In this document: in pieces, positions 12,055 to 25,273 of the stretch
Position numbering within the stretch: the first letter of the stretch is position 1
Layout of the letters: each line of letters begins with the position of its first letter
Source: Lepidodermella squamata
Taxonomy: Eukaryota > Animalia > Gastrotricha
Length of the DNA: 64,000 bases
Assembly: GCA_047495785.1 (NCBI GenBank)
Contig: JBLDXI010000026.1
Location: forward strand, 1,116,001 to 1,180,000
Direction: 5' to 3'
The notes under the pieces: model-generated
Databases searched by the model: none
What the model saw: only the letters and a program-made list of their open reading frames with translations
What the model was told of the DNA's origin: nothing
Program-made: the position numbers and the translations under genes

Positions 12055-13214
12055 TTTCAGAGCGAAAGACATAATCCGTAATTAGCTCGTGCATGTGAAA
12101 TTTCGCGAAATGAAGGTATGTCTGTTAACGAGTTCTAAATAAACCTTGCGCAGGCTGTGCTGAAGAAATCACGCATATTCGAAAACAAACGTGCCTTTGC
12201 AGAAAAAGAGCTCATTTCGCATAGGACATTTCGTTTTTCGAAAGACAGATTTACCTGCCAAACTTCGCTAAAACTCAGCCAAATTTTTCATATAATTTTT
12301 CATCCTCATGGGAGAATGGAGACTTTTTCACGGGAATGAACTCGACTAAAATGCATTTTTAAACTTTCTCACGGATGTATGCCAACTCAGGTCGCAATTA
12401 TCCGAAAAGGCAGCACAGATCTGAAATTTACGTTTTCTTGACAGGCATTCAACCCTCTAACGATGGTCAGCTTTAGACGAAATCGTACGCAAAACTAGCA
12501 TTTTTTCAAAATTTGGAAATTTTAAAGAAAATCACCAAGCGCATTTTCCCTGCCAGATTTTTCGCTCGGACCCAAATTTAACGAAAAATGTGTCACTTCA
12601 TTGTCGACCGAGGCAATCAATCGATTTTTTTGACCCATTCTCATCTCTGACCCCAATGTGGCTTAATGAAATTATCTAAAATCGTGATTTTCGTAAATTC
12701 ATCGACAAATGTAAATGGAGAAAGAGTGTAACTGAGGCTCCATTGAAATAAATAGGCAGCCCATATGCCAAGTTATAATTTTTCCCTCGGGCGTTCATAA
12801 AAATGTATTTTTCCAAAAAAATGTATCTTAAGGCAGAACCGGGAAAGAAGGAGGGCAGGGGTTACCGGGCCTTTGAAAAAATAATAGACAGTGACTTGTA
12901 ATTCGGTGTTAGCGGAAATTTTTTATTGTCAACTTTTCAGACTCTGTTGTGCGATTTGTTTTTGACCTCGAGGAAAATGTCGCGAACATCGCAATTTTCT
13001 TCTTCAAATAAATGCGGCTAATTTTCAATCAGCTGCACTTCAAAAGGTTCCAAACTCGAAAAGACGAAAGATGCAAAATATGCGTCATTTTTTATTGAAG
13101 ATTATACAGGAAAAAAAGGGAAAACGAAAAATTGAAACAATATTCTTCAAAAATATTTACAAATAATTTGGCAGCAGTAAACATATATTTCACTAGTAAT
13201 CATCATTCCAAAAC

Positions 13215-16200
13215 TCAAAAAGCAGATCGCATCGAAGCCCGCAAATCAACAGGCGCGTCACTATTCGCCGCATCTAGCCGATTATTTTGACCGAACCGAA
13301 CAACATCATAAGAATGGGCAATCGGCGGCGTTAGCACGTGATTTACAGACGCCGCACCAGTTGGCAGATTTTTCTGCTCAACCGGCGACGATTCAGCGGA
13401 GGAAATCGTAACCGGTTCCATCGGTAAGTTTATCGAAGTCGAGGTTACACTAGCCAGTAAGGCTGAATTTTGTAATAATTGCTGCTGAGTCGGTTGTTGC
13501 CCTATGCGGCTTTTCTCTCGACTTTGAAGATACAACAACGTATCCGTGAAAATTTTTGCAGATTGCTGACTAGTCCCAGGCGCGCTTAAATAGCCGTGTA
13601 ATTGATAGGCCAATCGAACAATCGCCGCTTTTTGCTCTTTCGGGATTAAACTCAACGGCGACGGCGCGACAGAAGCGTGGGATGGCCCACTTCTGTACAA
13701 AACAGGCTGGCTAGGCGGAGGTGGCAACCGTTGAACCGGCGCGTGACTAGCTGGCGGTTTCGGCTGGGAAATATTTGGCTGCTTTTGTTGTTGAATTTTC
13801 GAAGCATTATTTCCGTTGTTGTAGCTTCCGAATTGATTCGTAGTCACAGCGTAGACTGCACTCATCGGATTTCCATTCTGAGCCGGCGGTTGCATCAGCT
13901 GGCAATTCGCATCGCCGCACGAGCACGAAACCTGAAAATAAATTCCGAATTTAGAAAAAACTCTCGTCGCGAAATTTGAGGTTTAATATTATAAGAAAAT
14001 AGCGGCTAAAAGCTTATATTTGAGTCCGGTTTTTTGTCACTTAAAAAAGTGAGACGCTTTTATCGGATGACGTAGCCATTTGAACTTCCCGACAATCGTT
14101 TTTTTTGTCACTTAAGAACTCAATCAAAACAAAACAAGTAATAGCCCTAATTCAATCGGATTTTTTCTGGCACATTAGAATCACTATCTGGCAGAACGAG
14201 CACATTTTTGCTACCAGAATGCCATCACAAATCATAATTTTTCATATATTTCTCGTCGTTCTGATTTTAAACTACAGCTTGACAAACGCTGGAACAACGA
14301 AAAATGCCTTGGCTGAGAGAAAAACATCGTCAAGTAAGATCCAGCTTAATTATTTCATGATATCCTTTGTCGGAATATTTTTTCGAAAAAATAATTTTTA
14401 AAATAATTTTCTCTCTGATATAATTTTTTAATACATTCTTTGCGAGCGCATTATTTAAAATCAGGTTCCAATAAGAGTGGGACCCTATTCATTCTACGGC
14501 TGAGTATTTTTTTCAAATTTTTTCAGATATATTGAAGGAGTTTTTCCGTGAGAACAAATTCAAGTCTGTGAATAAAAAACCGTGCGATTCAAAATTGCTC
14601 GGGCCGAAACCGCCACTAATGAAGCAACGAGCTAGACATCGACGAGCTGGGTCGCTTCGCCCAATGAACGAGCCGCGGGATTTCGCTGCTTTGGACGGCA
14701 GTAAAACAATAAGAAATGTTCGCCTAAATTGCTAGATGGCTTTCTGCAGATTCAAGTGCTAAAAACTACTGGTACGAATATCAAATTGACAGACCTGAGC
14801 TAACAACGCCAATTTAGTTCTTTCAATTGAATTTACAATAAATTCGGAATTTTCGCAGTTTTCGAAATTTCAACAGTGTAAATGAGGTGTCTATTTCAAG
14901 GTTGAAGGTTTTGCGATCAAGCTCGAGCACGACCTTGCTGTTATGGACAGCCTGTTCGAGCCATGGTTTTGGGCTCGATGGGAATCCCTACTGCCAATTT
15001 TTTCTCATCTGCAATAAAGGAGACTCGCCTAGAACAATTTTCTCGTTTTTCGAACAACTTTTCTATCGCTTTCCGCAAATTTTAATATTTTCCAGCCGCG
15101 AATCACGTTTCGGAGTCTGCTCTTATCAGCCGCGGCCACCAACTGAGTAGAAGTAGATGTAGATTATCCCTCAAACCAAGCTTTTACCGCCCATTTACGG
15201 AACGAGGTCAGAGAAAAATTCTCGGTTCTATGTACACCTGTATTACCTCTTGCAACATGGCTGATCGCTTTCAACAGCTCGCCCTGGCCAGCAAACTCCA
15301 CTATTCACTCTAACGATCCGCTTGTATATACAAAATCTTACTGTACGTTTATACGGCATATCCTAGAATTTTCATCTCCGGTCTGGAACCCTGCTGATGT
15401 GAAATCAACTAATATTATTGAAAAAGTTCAGTCTTATTTTACTCGAAGGCTGGCCTACCGCTGTAAAATTGCTACTAATTATAGTTATACTGAAAGACTT
15501 TCAATTCTTGAGCTTGAACCACTTGAACTCAGACGCATCAAATCTGACATATTATTTGTACACAAAATGATAACTGGAATGGTGGCTCTTCGTGCTGGTG
15601 ATTTCTTTGAATTTTCTAAAACTCCTCGCGGTGATGAAGAAAATAGAATTGTAATCGAAAAATCAAAGCTTATCTCCGCACTACAATAACTCAGCAAAAC
15701 TACAACTCGTTTGCTATTTTTTCCATGAGTGGCGCAAGAACCGTAGCGCTTCTCGCTGTGACGAAAAATTCGACTGGCTGGATTTGACGAATGATATTCC
15801 CGAGAATTAGCACGAGAAAACTTATTCGAGTTTATGACTATTGATTGGTTTTTGATTGATTGAGTTTTGAGAAGATATGACAAGCATCTTCCAGTCGTAA
15901 TTAAGGAGACAGACACGATTATAATTGATAAAGCCTGACGCTGGCTTTCCTCGCAAAATTTGGAGAAAATCCCGGCTGGTGATGGCCACAGCAGGGCTGA
16001 GTCATGCGTGGGCCGCTTAATCGATCTTAATTTTGGGAAGGATGCGAACGCGAAGAAAAATCGGAAGCACATCTACAATCGCCTGCTAGCCAATAATTTG
16101 ACTGAAGTCGAGCCGAAGTCGAAGTTCAGCGATGTGAACGCAACCGAATCGATGCCACCCGAATCGCCGACGGCAAATCAGTCAATAAGCACAACAACGA

Positions 16201-19200
16201 GCGTAGTCGTTGAAAGGCAGAAATGGGAGAAATTTTGTCCTCATAAGAAGAAGAAGGCGGGCAAGAGAACTGCAACTATCCTCGAGTTAGAGGGCGAGAG
16301 CTATCGCCAAGTTCTGAACCAAGTCCGGCAAGAGCCTATGCCGACCGAGAAGTTGCGGGCGATGCAAATAGCGAGGAGGACGTTAATGAAAAGTTGCAAT
16401 ATAAATTGAGGCAGATATGTGCCATTTCCGTGTCTCATCAAACGCTAAGGAAAATGATTAACCCAGCCATCGTCGTCAATGCGAACTGCTCTCTTTCCCG
16501 TGTCCCGTGAAATTCATCATCCGGGCGGAATTCGAGGAGGGCGAAAAGCTTGGTCAAAAAGAATTCCACTTCGAGCGGATAGGAGAGCCAAACAATTCTT
16601 TATGCGATATCACTAGAAGTTCATTAGAAAACCTGGCCGCATCCTGGCAGATGAATTTAAATGAGCTGCAAATTTAATCGAATATTTCGACATAGCTTTT
16701 TGGGCATTTAAACATCAAGTTGAGGACATAAGATATTTCAGAAGAACCAGATAAAATTAATCCACAGCCGGGGAATTCTTTTTCCATCCGACAGTCCTAT
16801 ATTATCAGATACCATGAAAAATAAAAATGACTGTTAACAAGTGAAAAGTAGGGTGTAGCGAATTTTCGCAAAAAGTGTGCTCACTTGAAGAAAGATTCTT
16901 GGATTCCACGATGTTCTTTTTCCAGTTCTTTTTTTCAGTTTTTCTTGATGATTTTAAATTTTCGAATTTCGGACCTCTAGGAGACTAGGAGAAAACCCTG
17001 AAAAGAGACACTAGCTTGATTCCATCGAAATTTGTGAAAATGTGTGATTTCTCCCCTCAGATTACCCCATAAAATCTCGACAGCGCATAAGAAAATAACG
17101 TCAGAATAAATTACGCGACGAATTATCAATTGATAAATTAAAAAACTTCAAGCACGCATTTTTTCGCTTGTAAACTTTGAAGCCAATTTTCTCAATAAGC
17201 CTGATGAATATCAACCTCTTTTTATCGTTCGACCCCCGTTCATTGACCTTGAAAGTGGCATCAAAATCTCTCGATTTCAAAAATGTCGCTAAATTGTAGT
17301 TCGATTCAAAAATAATATTCAAATTTTACGAATTTCGAGGCAAACTTGGCAAACTATTTTGATTTCAAGTTAGTTTAGTCACAATTTTTTTCTTTCGAAT
17401 GAAATTAGTCATATAATTTTTTTCAAAACATAAAAATAATAAATTCTCACCGTATAGAGCCGTTGCTGTGGAGGTATCTGCTGGGCTGTCGCCGCAGTTT
17501 GAGGTTGCTGAGGCGGCTGTTGCTGTTGTTGCGGTTTATCCTGGCGGTAATTTACCGCCTGCTGTTGCTGAATACCCGGAAAAGCCGGCGCTAAATTGTG
17601 CCGCTCATTACCCGGCACTAGCGACGGGCGATAGCTCTGAGCAATCGAGAAAGGACTAGAAAAATCAACCGACGCCCGCCGCCCGCCGATATCCAGCTGC
17701 GGGGCGAAGGCATTACTCGAAGTTTGAATTCGATCAGGGTAGGGCGGGGCAGAACTGAAATGCTGAGCCCGGTACTGCTGCTGTTGTTGCAAAGGCAACG
17801 CTGGGGCGATTGAAGTGATGGTCGACTGCAAATTCAGCCGCCCGGTAACCAAAGGCTGCTGCGTAAAATTTTGACTCGAAATTTCCATCGATTTCGCAGC
17901 GGTTATGTCAACATTAGGCGGGGGTGAGGATTTTTTCAATGACAACGGCTCTTCATTGCTATTATCATTATCATTCCTAATTGGCGACGCAGTTTTTTCC
18001 TCTAATCTTGGCATTTTCTCTGCGACTTCACTCGACGGCGTTGGTTTCATCAAATTCTGACGACGCTGGGGCTGGGTTGATTTTCGCTTCGATCTCAGCG
18101 CTTGATTAGGCGAGGCCGGGGCTGAATTTGAGCCTGAAAATGCGGCATGGTTTGTTTGAGCTGAAAAGGAGGACGAAGTTGATTCGTTTTGAGGTACGCT
18201 GCTGATGTTCGAGTTATCTGCGTCGAGGCTAGCGGGTTGGTTTTGTTGGGCTTCATCTTCATCGTCATTTTCCGAGTCGGTGTTTGCGGCTTCTCCAGCG
18301 ACTGCAGACTGACTCGTTGATTCAGAGTCGGATTCGATCAAAGATGATTGTTCTCTCTCCGGGGTTTGCTTCATCAAGCCCTGAAAATAATCAAAATTAG
18401 CAATTCAAATGGATGGCGCGATTTTTTTTAATCATGAAAAATAACATTTTGCGAAGCCAAATTTCAGAAATCGTCACCAAGCGAAAACTATTATAGCGTG
18501 TCCCACAAGTTAAACAACTATCTTTAATTTTGCTTTTTGTAAGAATTTCAACAAATTTTTGAAATTAAACATACCGGAGAATTTTCCGTCATTTATCCAC
18601 AATTTTACCGAAGAAATAAAAAAAATTAAAGGGGGAAACCCGAAAAGATAGTAACTGGTTCGGTAATTTTCGGTATTTTACCCGGTTCAAATTTGTCCAG
18701 TTTTTTCCATTCCATTGACAAGTTACAAACTTAATTACTATTCTTAGGGCATCTTTAATTTTTCTAAGATTTTTCTGGCAATGAAATATGACTTCGCCCC
18801 TAATTTTACAGTTTCTGATCTCTTTTCCGTGTTTTTCTTTGTTTAAATAAAGCGAAACGTCGGCGACTTAACATTCTTTCTTGAAGTATCGAGGTAGTCC
18901 GAAATGGTACATCATTCAAATTTAAAAAAAATCTGTTGTCTCTGGTAACGTTTTCTTCAAATTTTATACCAGAAAATCCCTATTCAATTCTCGATCGATT
19001 TGTCAAAACCCGGTCGACAACCGTTAAAATCAATCGCTTCAGTGGAGGTTGAAGTGTTCTTGGCCTAGTGGGGTAACTTGGCTGCATGGCTTTTTCACTT
19101 TTGGCGATGAACCATCCGGCAAAAACTAGGACGATGATTCATCACGCCATGTCCAGGCCAAATATTTGTGCGCATTTTGCACGTTAAAAAATCGGCCAAG

Positions 19201-20381
19201 CTAACCCACAAAATTCAGTTAATTACCGCTCGCGATTGCGAGAGCAGTTTTCCGAGTTCAAGGTGTCATTTGAAAGATAGGACGAGAGAGGAATCTTTCT
19301 GTGGAAACGGCGTTTTCTCAGAGCCTAAAGGGAATGAGTTAGTACTTTTGTCATTTAAAACACGATTTTCGAATTTGGTTGCAAAGAATTTTCCTATAAA
19401 CAAATTTCGTAACAACTTTTTTTCTCGAAAGCGACATGGTAATTAATTTGGATTTTTTAATATTTACAGAAAATTATTTGATATTTTACATTATTTGAAT
19501 ACTTGAATTTATGACCTAGAACTGCCAACCTTAATTCGAATAATATTGGGAAACTCAATTTTTTCAAACAAATTTGATCAAGCGCCAGATATATTGAAGA
19601 AATATGACTTCTTCGGATCGCTGATTATCAAAATAATACAATGGAGTTTCCAGCTTAAAAATAACAAAAATGGCTTGTAAGACTATACGAAAAATTGAGT
19701 ACAAGTCTTAATAGATAATAGGCGAGAAAATCGAATGGAAGGTTTGCTAATCTTGTAACAATGGAGGAAAATCCCGGACAAACAACATTATGAATTATAT
19801 GAAATTATATTAAGGCGAATGACCTGGTTTCTCTACGTTTTCTTTGTTTTTACGACGAAAATAGGGCGACCACCGTGAAGAGTCGCTTTTTCGCCAAAAT
19901 ATCCTCATTTTTTCCATATTTATATTTATGGCATCAATAACATTGGAGGAAAGAAAAATATTTGTTAAATATTCGCAGAATAATTAGCGAATTGGGTTAG
20001 AGAATGAGAAATGCGAAAATTTACCCGTCGATGGTGTTGAAATTCGTGGAATTGAAGTTCATCGAGTGACGCCATGACTTCACTGCATCGCGAGCACGGA
20101 AATTTGCCCGGAATACAAGACGGCTTTCTCGGTAAATCGCCGCGATGGCCGAGTTCAAAATGCCGTTCCAGATAGCCAGCAGCTTTGAATTTGCGCTTGC
20201 AGTTCGGGCAGCTGAACCGCTGCAGGCCGGGTGAATAATGCGCCAATCCCCAGCCTTTAGTTAACGCAGCCGCTGGTGCGGTGGTGATGTTTAAAGAAAT
20301 CGATCCGCTGTTGGATCGATCGGGAGACGATGTAACGGGAGACATTGTCACGCTCAACCTCGAGCGAAGAGAACTTGACAT
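13215..20381 (-). CDS. C2H2 zinc-finger protein (2 fingers) with Q/S-rich regions and a C-terminal PVDLR (PxDLS-like CtBP-binding) motif
   Basis: Exons 20381-20025, 18380-17451 and 13931-13215 join in frame (phase 0, GT...TTTTCAG). Fingers are CPNC-x12-HFELGH and CSRC-x12-HEFQH. An upstream exon cannot be excluded. Confidence 0.75.
15340..15690 (+). mobile_element. LINE (CR1/Jockey-like) ORF2 C-terminal fragment in the zinc-finger gene intron
   Basis: LEFSSPVWNP...IEKVQSYFTRRL...SYTERLSILELEPLELRRIKSDILFVHKM matches the typical post-RT motif of CR1/Jockey-group LINEs. Confidence 0.75.
18494..18845 (-). mobile_element. Diverged copy of the Tc1/mariner-like MITE at 62114-62463
   Basis: Reverse-complement similarity along the element: AGCGTGTCCCA end, GGTAATTTTCGGTATTTTACCC and TTTCTGATC.CTTTTCCGTGT blocks. 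Confidence 0.65.
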
Positions 20382-20782
20382 ATGAATCAATCAAAAATTG
20401 GATAAAATCTATAGATGCATAAGAAATAATGGTTTCACTTTATTAATTATGACATGCATTTCATGTAAAGTCCAACTTAACTTCACTCAAACCAATGTTC
20501 TCTTCACGGTATTATTTTCGCCTATTAATTTCTTTGCGAAGCGAACATTATTTAGGTAGATATATGTCAAGTTGTTTACTTGCAAAAGTTCATTCGCTGA
20601 AGTGCGTTGCGGCCCGGTAGGAAAATGGAAATTTGCAAGTGATTAACGATGCCTTGTTGCGTGGGGTCGTAATGCTAATAGGATCTTAATGAGGTGTTGA
20701 TGGCGCATGAAAACTAGAAAATCTTAATTGCACCTCAAGACTCAGAATCACGCGATACGGTGTAGAAGTTTTTGCGCTGAAA

Positions 20783-21912
20783 TTTCGGAAAATTGTCTGG
20801 AAAATGATAATCGCAACATTTTAAGATTTTCAGTCTGATATTACAAGCACGCGTCTCAATAGAAAACAACATAATGGCGGGCACAATCTTAAAAATGCGC
20901 AGTATTTTCGGGTGCGAGTCATGCATAAAAATATTATGTGCCATTTTGCACTGTTTATGGCACATTTAGCATTTAGCCGCTAACGATAAAAGCGAGCGTC
21001 CAGGTGGTAAATGGCACGTCATGTTCCCGGTTGATTTTTGACAGACAGGTTTCACCGGGAGAACCGCCGTGAAAAATTAAGAACGTTTTGAAAAAACATC
21101 TATAAATGCCTTCAATTATTTATTGAACGCGTTTTTTAAGCTGGATGTTTTAATCTTTATAACTAACGCGCCCTACAAACTGCCGTCAATTTCAGCCGCG
21201 AAAGGGTTAGCTCAAATAATTTTCAGCGATCGCGTGAGAGGTGAAAAAGCAGACAAATACGCCGTTGCCCTAGATTTTGCAAAAAAGCAGAAAATATCTA
21301 CAAATGCGTTTCAAAATTTTCCTCCACAATAAGCAGAACGTCAAAACTTGGAAGATTTTCAAGTTACGAAGTTCGAAGGACAAGCCATTTCGACAATAAC
21401 AAAGCGTGCGATTTGTTTTTTTGGGAAATAGGTACAAAAAATATGTTACTGAAAATACACCAAAATAGCATGATGCCATGCGTCAGGGAATGACGAAATT
21501 AACGAGGCTGCTAATAATTTGAGGTGATTTGGCGATTTCGGCGAGGTCACTGTCTGCCTTTATTGATGCCTTCCGGTTTTATTACACCCCAAAACACGCG
21601 GCAATGAGAAGTGCCAAAAATCATGCCGCCTTTGATGATAGCTAATCATGCTGAGGGCAAGGCTGGTCAGTAAAAACATGGCGACAAAAATAACACAGAC
21701 TTTCTTAAAAATTGTCTGGAAGAAAGCAAATCACATCATTTTTAAGACTTTTATAGTCCGACATTACAAGCACGCGTCGCATCAGAAAAACAAGATCATG
21801 CCGGTCACAATCGACTTCCAGTTCAACTTCCCGCCTCTGCTGCTGACGTGGCGCCGGGCTCCTGGTCAATAGGAAAAATAATAAATAAGTTTCAAGTGAC
21901 GGCGGCACGTTC
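20783..21912. repeat. Pair of diverged direct repeats (~20783-21020 and ~21701-21912)
   Basis: Shared blocks AAAATTGTCTGGAA, TTTTAAGA, ATTACAAGCACGCGTC, CACAATC and GGCACGT in the same order. Confidence 0.55.
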
Positions 21913-22705
21913 AAAGAAATTACCCAATGGTGTTACGCAATTAAAAAGAAATGAGCGCGTGCGCTTTTTATGAATTCACTTTTTCAAGTTTTTCCTTCCC
22001 GGGCAACACAATTGTTTTTGTGTTGCAATATTGTGGCAGTTGACCTGAATCACCAGTTTATTTTATCAAAATTCAACACGGCGTCCAAGAAACTTAAAAG
22101 AAAACACTCAATATTAAACTATAACGATAGAGATTGAAATGAAATACAAGGAGGGTTTTTTGAATATTCCAGGAAAATTATTGGGCTTCAAAGCAGCGAC
22201 AAGACAGGTAGCGAAAATCAAACAAATTCCGATAAAATTCTGCGTGATTTTCTGTATCATATAGGACCTCTTCATATATTTAAAAATTCGCCTCGTAATT
22301 CAGACGAAATTATACACTGCGAAAAAGAAAGAAATACAATTAGAATTATGCTATGAAAGAGCTTATAGAACGAAGAACGAGGGGATTAATTTCCAAGCAA
22401 ATAATTTTATAATTTAATTTAATTAATTTTGAATATCGAAAAATACTTGTGGAGAAATTTCCATCTTCATTAGTGGCAACTGCCTTTCTAATTTTGGGCG
22501 ATTTTTTCCCCCAAATATTCCTTGTTATCTGATGATTCAAGAATACCTGACGATGATAAATCTAGCTTCAATGGTCTAACTGTCGTGACTTCAAGAATCG
22601 TTTAGCCATGTTGTCTCTAATCCGAAAGGATTAGACGAAAAGTTGTTTCTACAAAAGAATGAACGTTTTTTCCCCATTGAATCCATTTAATTTAAAACCT
22701 CCAAT

Positions 22706-24865
22706 ATGAAGCTAATACTTTCAATCCTGGCAGTGCTAATTACGATATCTAACGTACTCGGTCAAGGGAAGCAGTGTACCTCTAATGAATGGAAATGTAA
22801 TAATGGACAATGCATACTGTAATCTCGAACTGTAAAGAAATATTGGAATTAATTGAATTTTTTTGTCGAAAATTAGGAATCAGTACCGATGTGATCGGGT
22901 TCCGGTAAGAAGAATTTTGCGAATTTTTCATTCTAATCTTAATTTATCGATTTTATCAGGATGACTGCGGTAATTATTAGAGTTGCTAATTATCGCCTCT
23001 TACCGGCTTGTTTTATTCAAAGACGATGGCAGCGACGAGCTGAACTGTCCCGCTAGGACAACGACCCAGAAACCAACGACTACGACACAGGCTTCAAGAC
23101 GTGGTCAAAGCTGTTCGGCTGGAAAGTTTCAATGCGTTAGCGACGGGAAGTGCATCGAGTAAAAAAGCTTATGGAAAATCGTTTTTTTTCTAATTGAAAA
23201 CAATTCCAGCTTGAGTCAATATTGCGATGGCGAGTTCGACGTTAGTTTAGTTTTCACAGAAATATTGGCTTAATTTCTTCTTTCTCTTTTTTTCAGGACT
23301 GTGGTAATTCGAATAGCCTTTTTTAAATCTCCACGTTCGAATTTTGAACTTGAAGCGGATCGCAGTGATGAAACAAATTGCGGAACAACGACGAAATCGA
23401 CAGCAGCAGCAGCAACAACTGCAGCCAGGCAGCAGCTATCAGCAACAACTGCAGCCAGGCAGCAGCTATCAGCTGTTCAGCCGGCTTGCGGCTCTTCGGG
23501 AAGCCCACGAATTTTCGGCGGCACGGAAGCAAATCCACATCAATTTCCGTGGCTTGTTCGCTTTACTGACATCAAATTCGGGTCTAGGTCCGCTGGGTTC
23601 TGCGACGGGGCCGTTATCAGCAATCAATGGGTTTTGACTGCAGCTCATTGCGTTGTCGATAAAGACAGCGGGATGCTAGCAACCAGGTTTGAATTCTTAT
23701 ATCTATTATTCTTTCTAAGATTTTCATCCACAACACAACACAATTTTATTTATCTGGCTGGGAGAAACGTCACTAATCTTCGGAATTTTTCCAAAAGTTT
23801 GAATAGGTTAGAAGTTGAGTTAATCTAATTTGGCTCGATTCTCAGTGCCAACTTAAACCCACAGCTCATTGAAATATTCGGGATACGAGAACAAACTCTT
23901 TTCTCCTCCAAGATTCGGACCTTGATGGTTTTCAGTTTTAGGTCATAGGCCATTGAGGGATATTGAACTATATAGAAATTGACGATTCTCCGTATGGGAT
24001 TATACCTTAATTTCCCGATGGATGCCACTCCTCAGACACTCCTTTTCAATTCTCGAACCCTTTTAAGAATTCAGAGCTTTGAACACGTTTTAGGGTTGAG
24101 TTAAGCTTCAAGCGCCACAATTTGACGAAAAGTTTCAAGGAAGAAGGTGGCGTTCTGCGGAATTCTGCTGTGATCATCAAGCATGAAGAATACTTTGGCA
24201 GAGGCCCATCCGAGGAGGGCTACTACTTCGACAACGACATAGCCTTAATCAAGATGGATGCTCCTGTTCAATACGAAGCTTGGCTCAGGCCGATTTGCCT
24301 ACCAAATGAGAGCATTTGCAACGCGGCGAATCCTGATAACGTCACTGCGATAGAGCAATGCAGTGATGTAATTGCGGCTGGCTGGGGAGGCTTTTTACTC
24401 AATCGTAAGTCGAATCCACTTAAGTCTCAGCTTATGCTTCTACTCTTCTTCTCAGGGGTTGTCCAGAGTCCTGTCCTAAAGTTTGCTGAGATGAAGGCGC
24501 GATCTCGACAGGATTGTTCAAGACACTGGAAACCTTCGAAGAATCAAGTTTGCGCGGGCAATGGAATGCCCTCAACCTGCGGCGCAAGTTTATCTGTCTG
24601 GCCATTTTTGCATTTAAATTAGTTTTTTGTCGATTTCAGGGTGATTCCGGGGGTCCTATTATGTGCGTGGTTAACAAAGTCTACTATGCTGTAGGAGTGG
24701 TTTCTTTCGGACACGATAATTGCGGGCAACCTGAATTTCCATCAGTCAGTTTACTTCTTATTTGAATAGTCATCTATTTCTACTAATCTCGTTCCATTTC
24801 AGTACTTCACGAGGGTCTGCTCATACCTAACTTGGATTAGGGAAGCCATGGCTCGATACCCATGA
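22706..24865 (+). CDS. SP1: signal peptide + 2 LDLa + Thr/Ala linker + S1A serine protease (triad intact)
   Basis: Spliced LDLa modules (...[25 protein letters not shown]), activation site PR|IFGG, TAAHC, NDIAL, STCGGDSGGP; stop at 24865. Confidence 0.88.
23411..23472 (+). repeat. 30-nt coding tandem duplication ([10 protein letters not shown] x2) in the SP1 linker
   Basis: CAGCAACAACTGCAGCCAGGCAGCAGCTAT repeated twice. Confidence 0.85.
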
Positions 24866-25273
24866 TGTTAATGAAAAATATACTCGAAACAGCGGTACAG
24901 CCGATTTAGACTTTTCTATTTTGATCACTCATAATAAAATTGATGCCAATGATTGTTATGGAAATCATACTCTGTCATGTCATGCCAGTAACATTTAACC
25001 GTAAACAATAAAATCGTGGGAGTAAGACGAGCATCTCGAAATGGAGGAATCTCAGATGGCTGGCAACCTCCGGCCTTTTCAGCCTTTCCAACAGATTAAG
25101 AAGATAAGTCTTTAGGCATTAATAAAATGCTTTCATGAAATCTGATAAAATGGCTGAACACGCTTCTTGGCTAAATCTGCCGTTGTAAGTCACTAGGACG
25201 AAAGCATTTTTTGCTTTCAGTGTGTGGAGTAGTAGTTGCGTTTATTTGCAGTTGAAGCTGACTTATTGATAGG

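Noticed and set aside
15960-16409. 149-aa ORF nested antisense in the zinc-finger intron, with faint resemblance to a TMC N-terminal segment (QVLNQVRQEPMP..KL)
   Set aside because: No ATG start, no further exons or TM segments found, and adjacent to LINE debris; the similarity is too weak to support.
19090-19450. TE-like motif block (GAAAGATAGGACGAGAGAGGAATC); similar-looking DNA at 12140-12700
   Set aside because: Probably old MITE debris, but termini and TSD could not be defined.
23688-24092. ~400-bp SP1 intron, much longer than the paralogous ~50-bp introns, suggesting an insertion
   Set aside because: No TIR, TSD or recognisable coding motif could be found.
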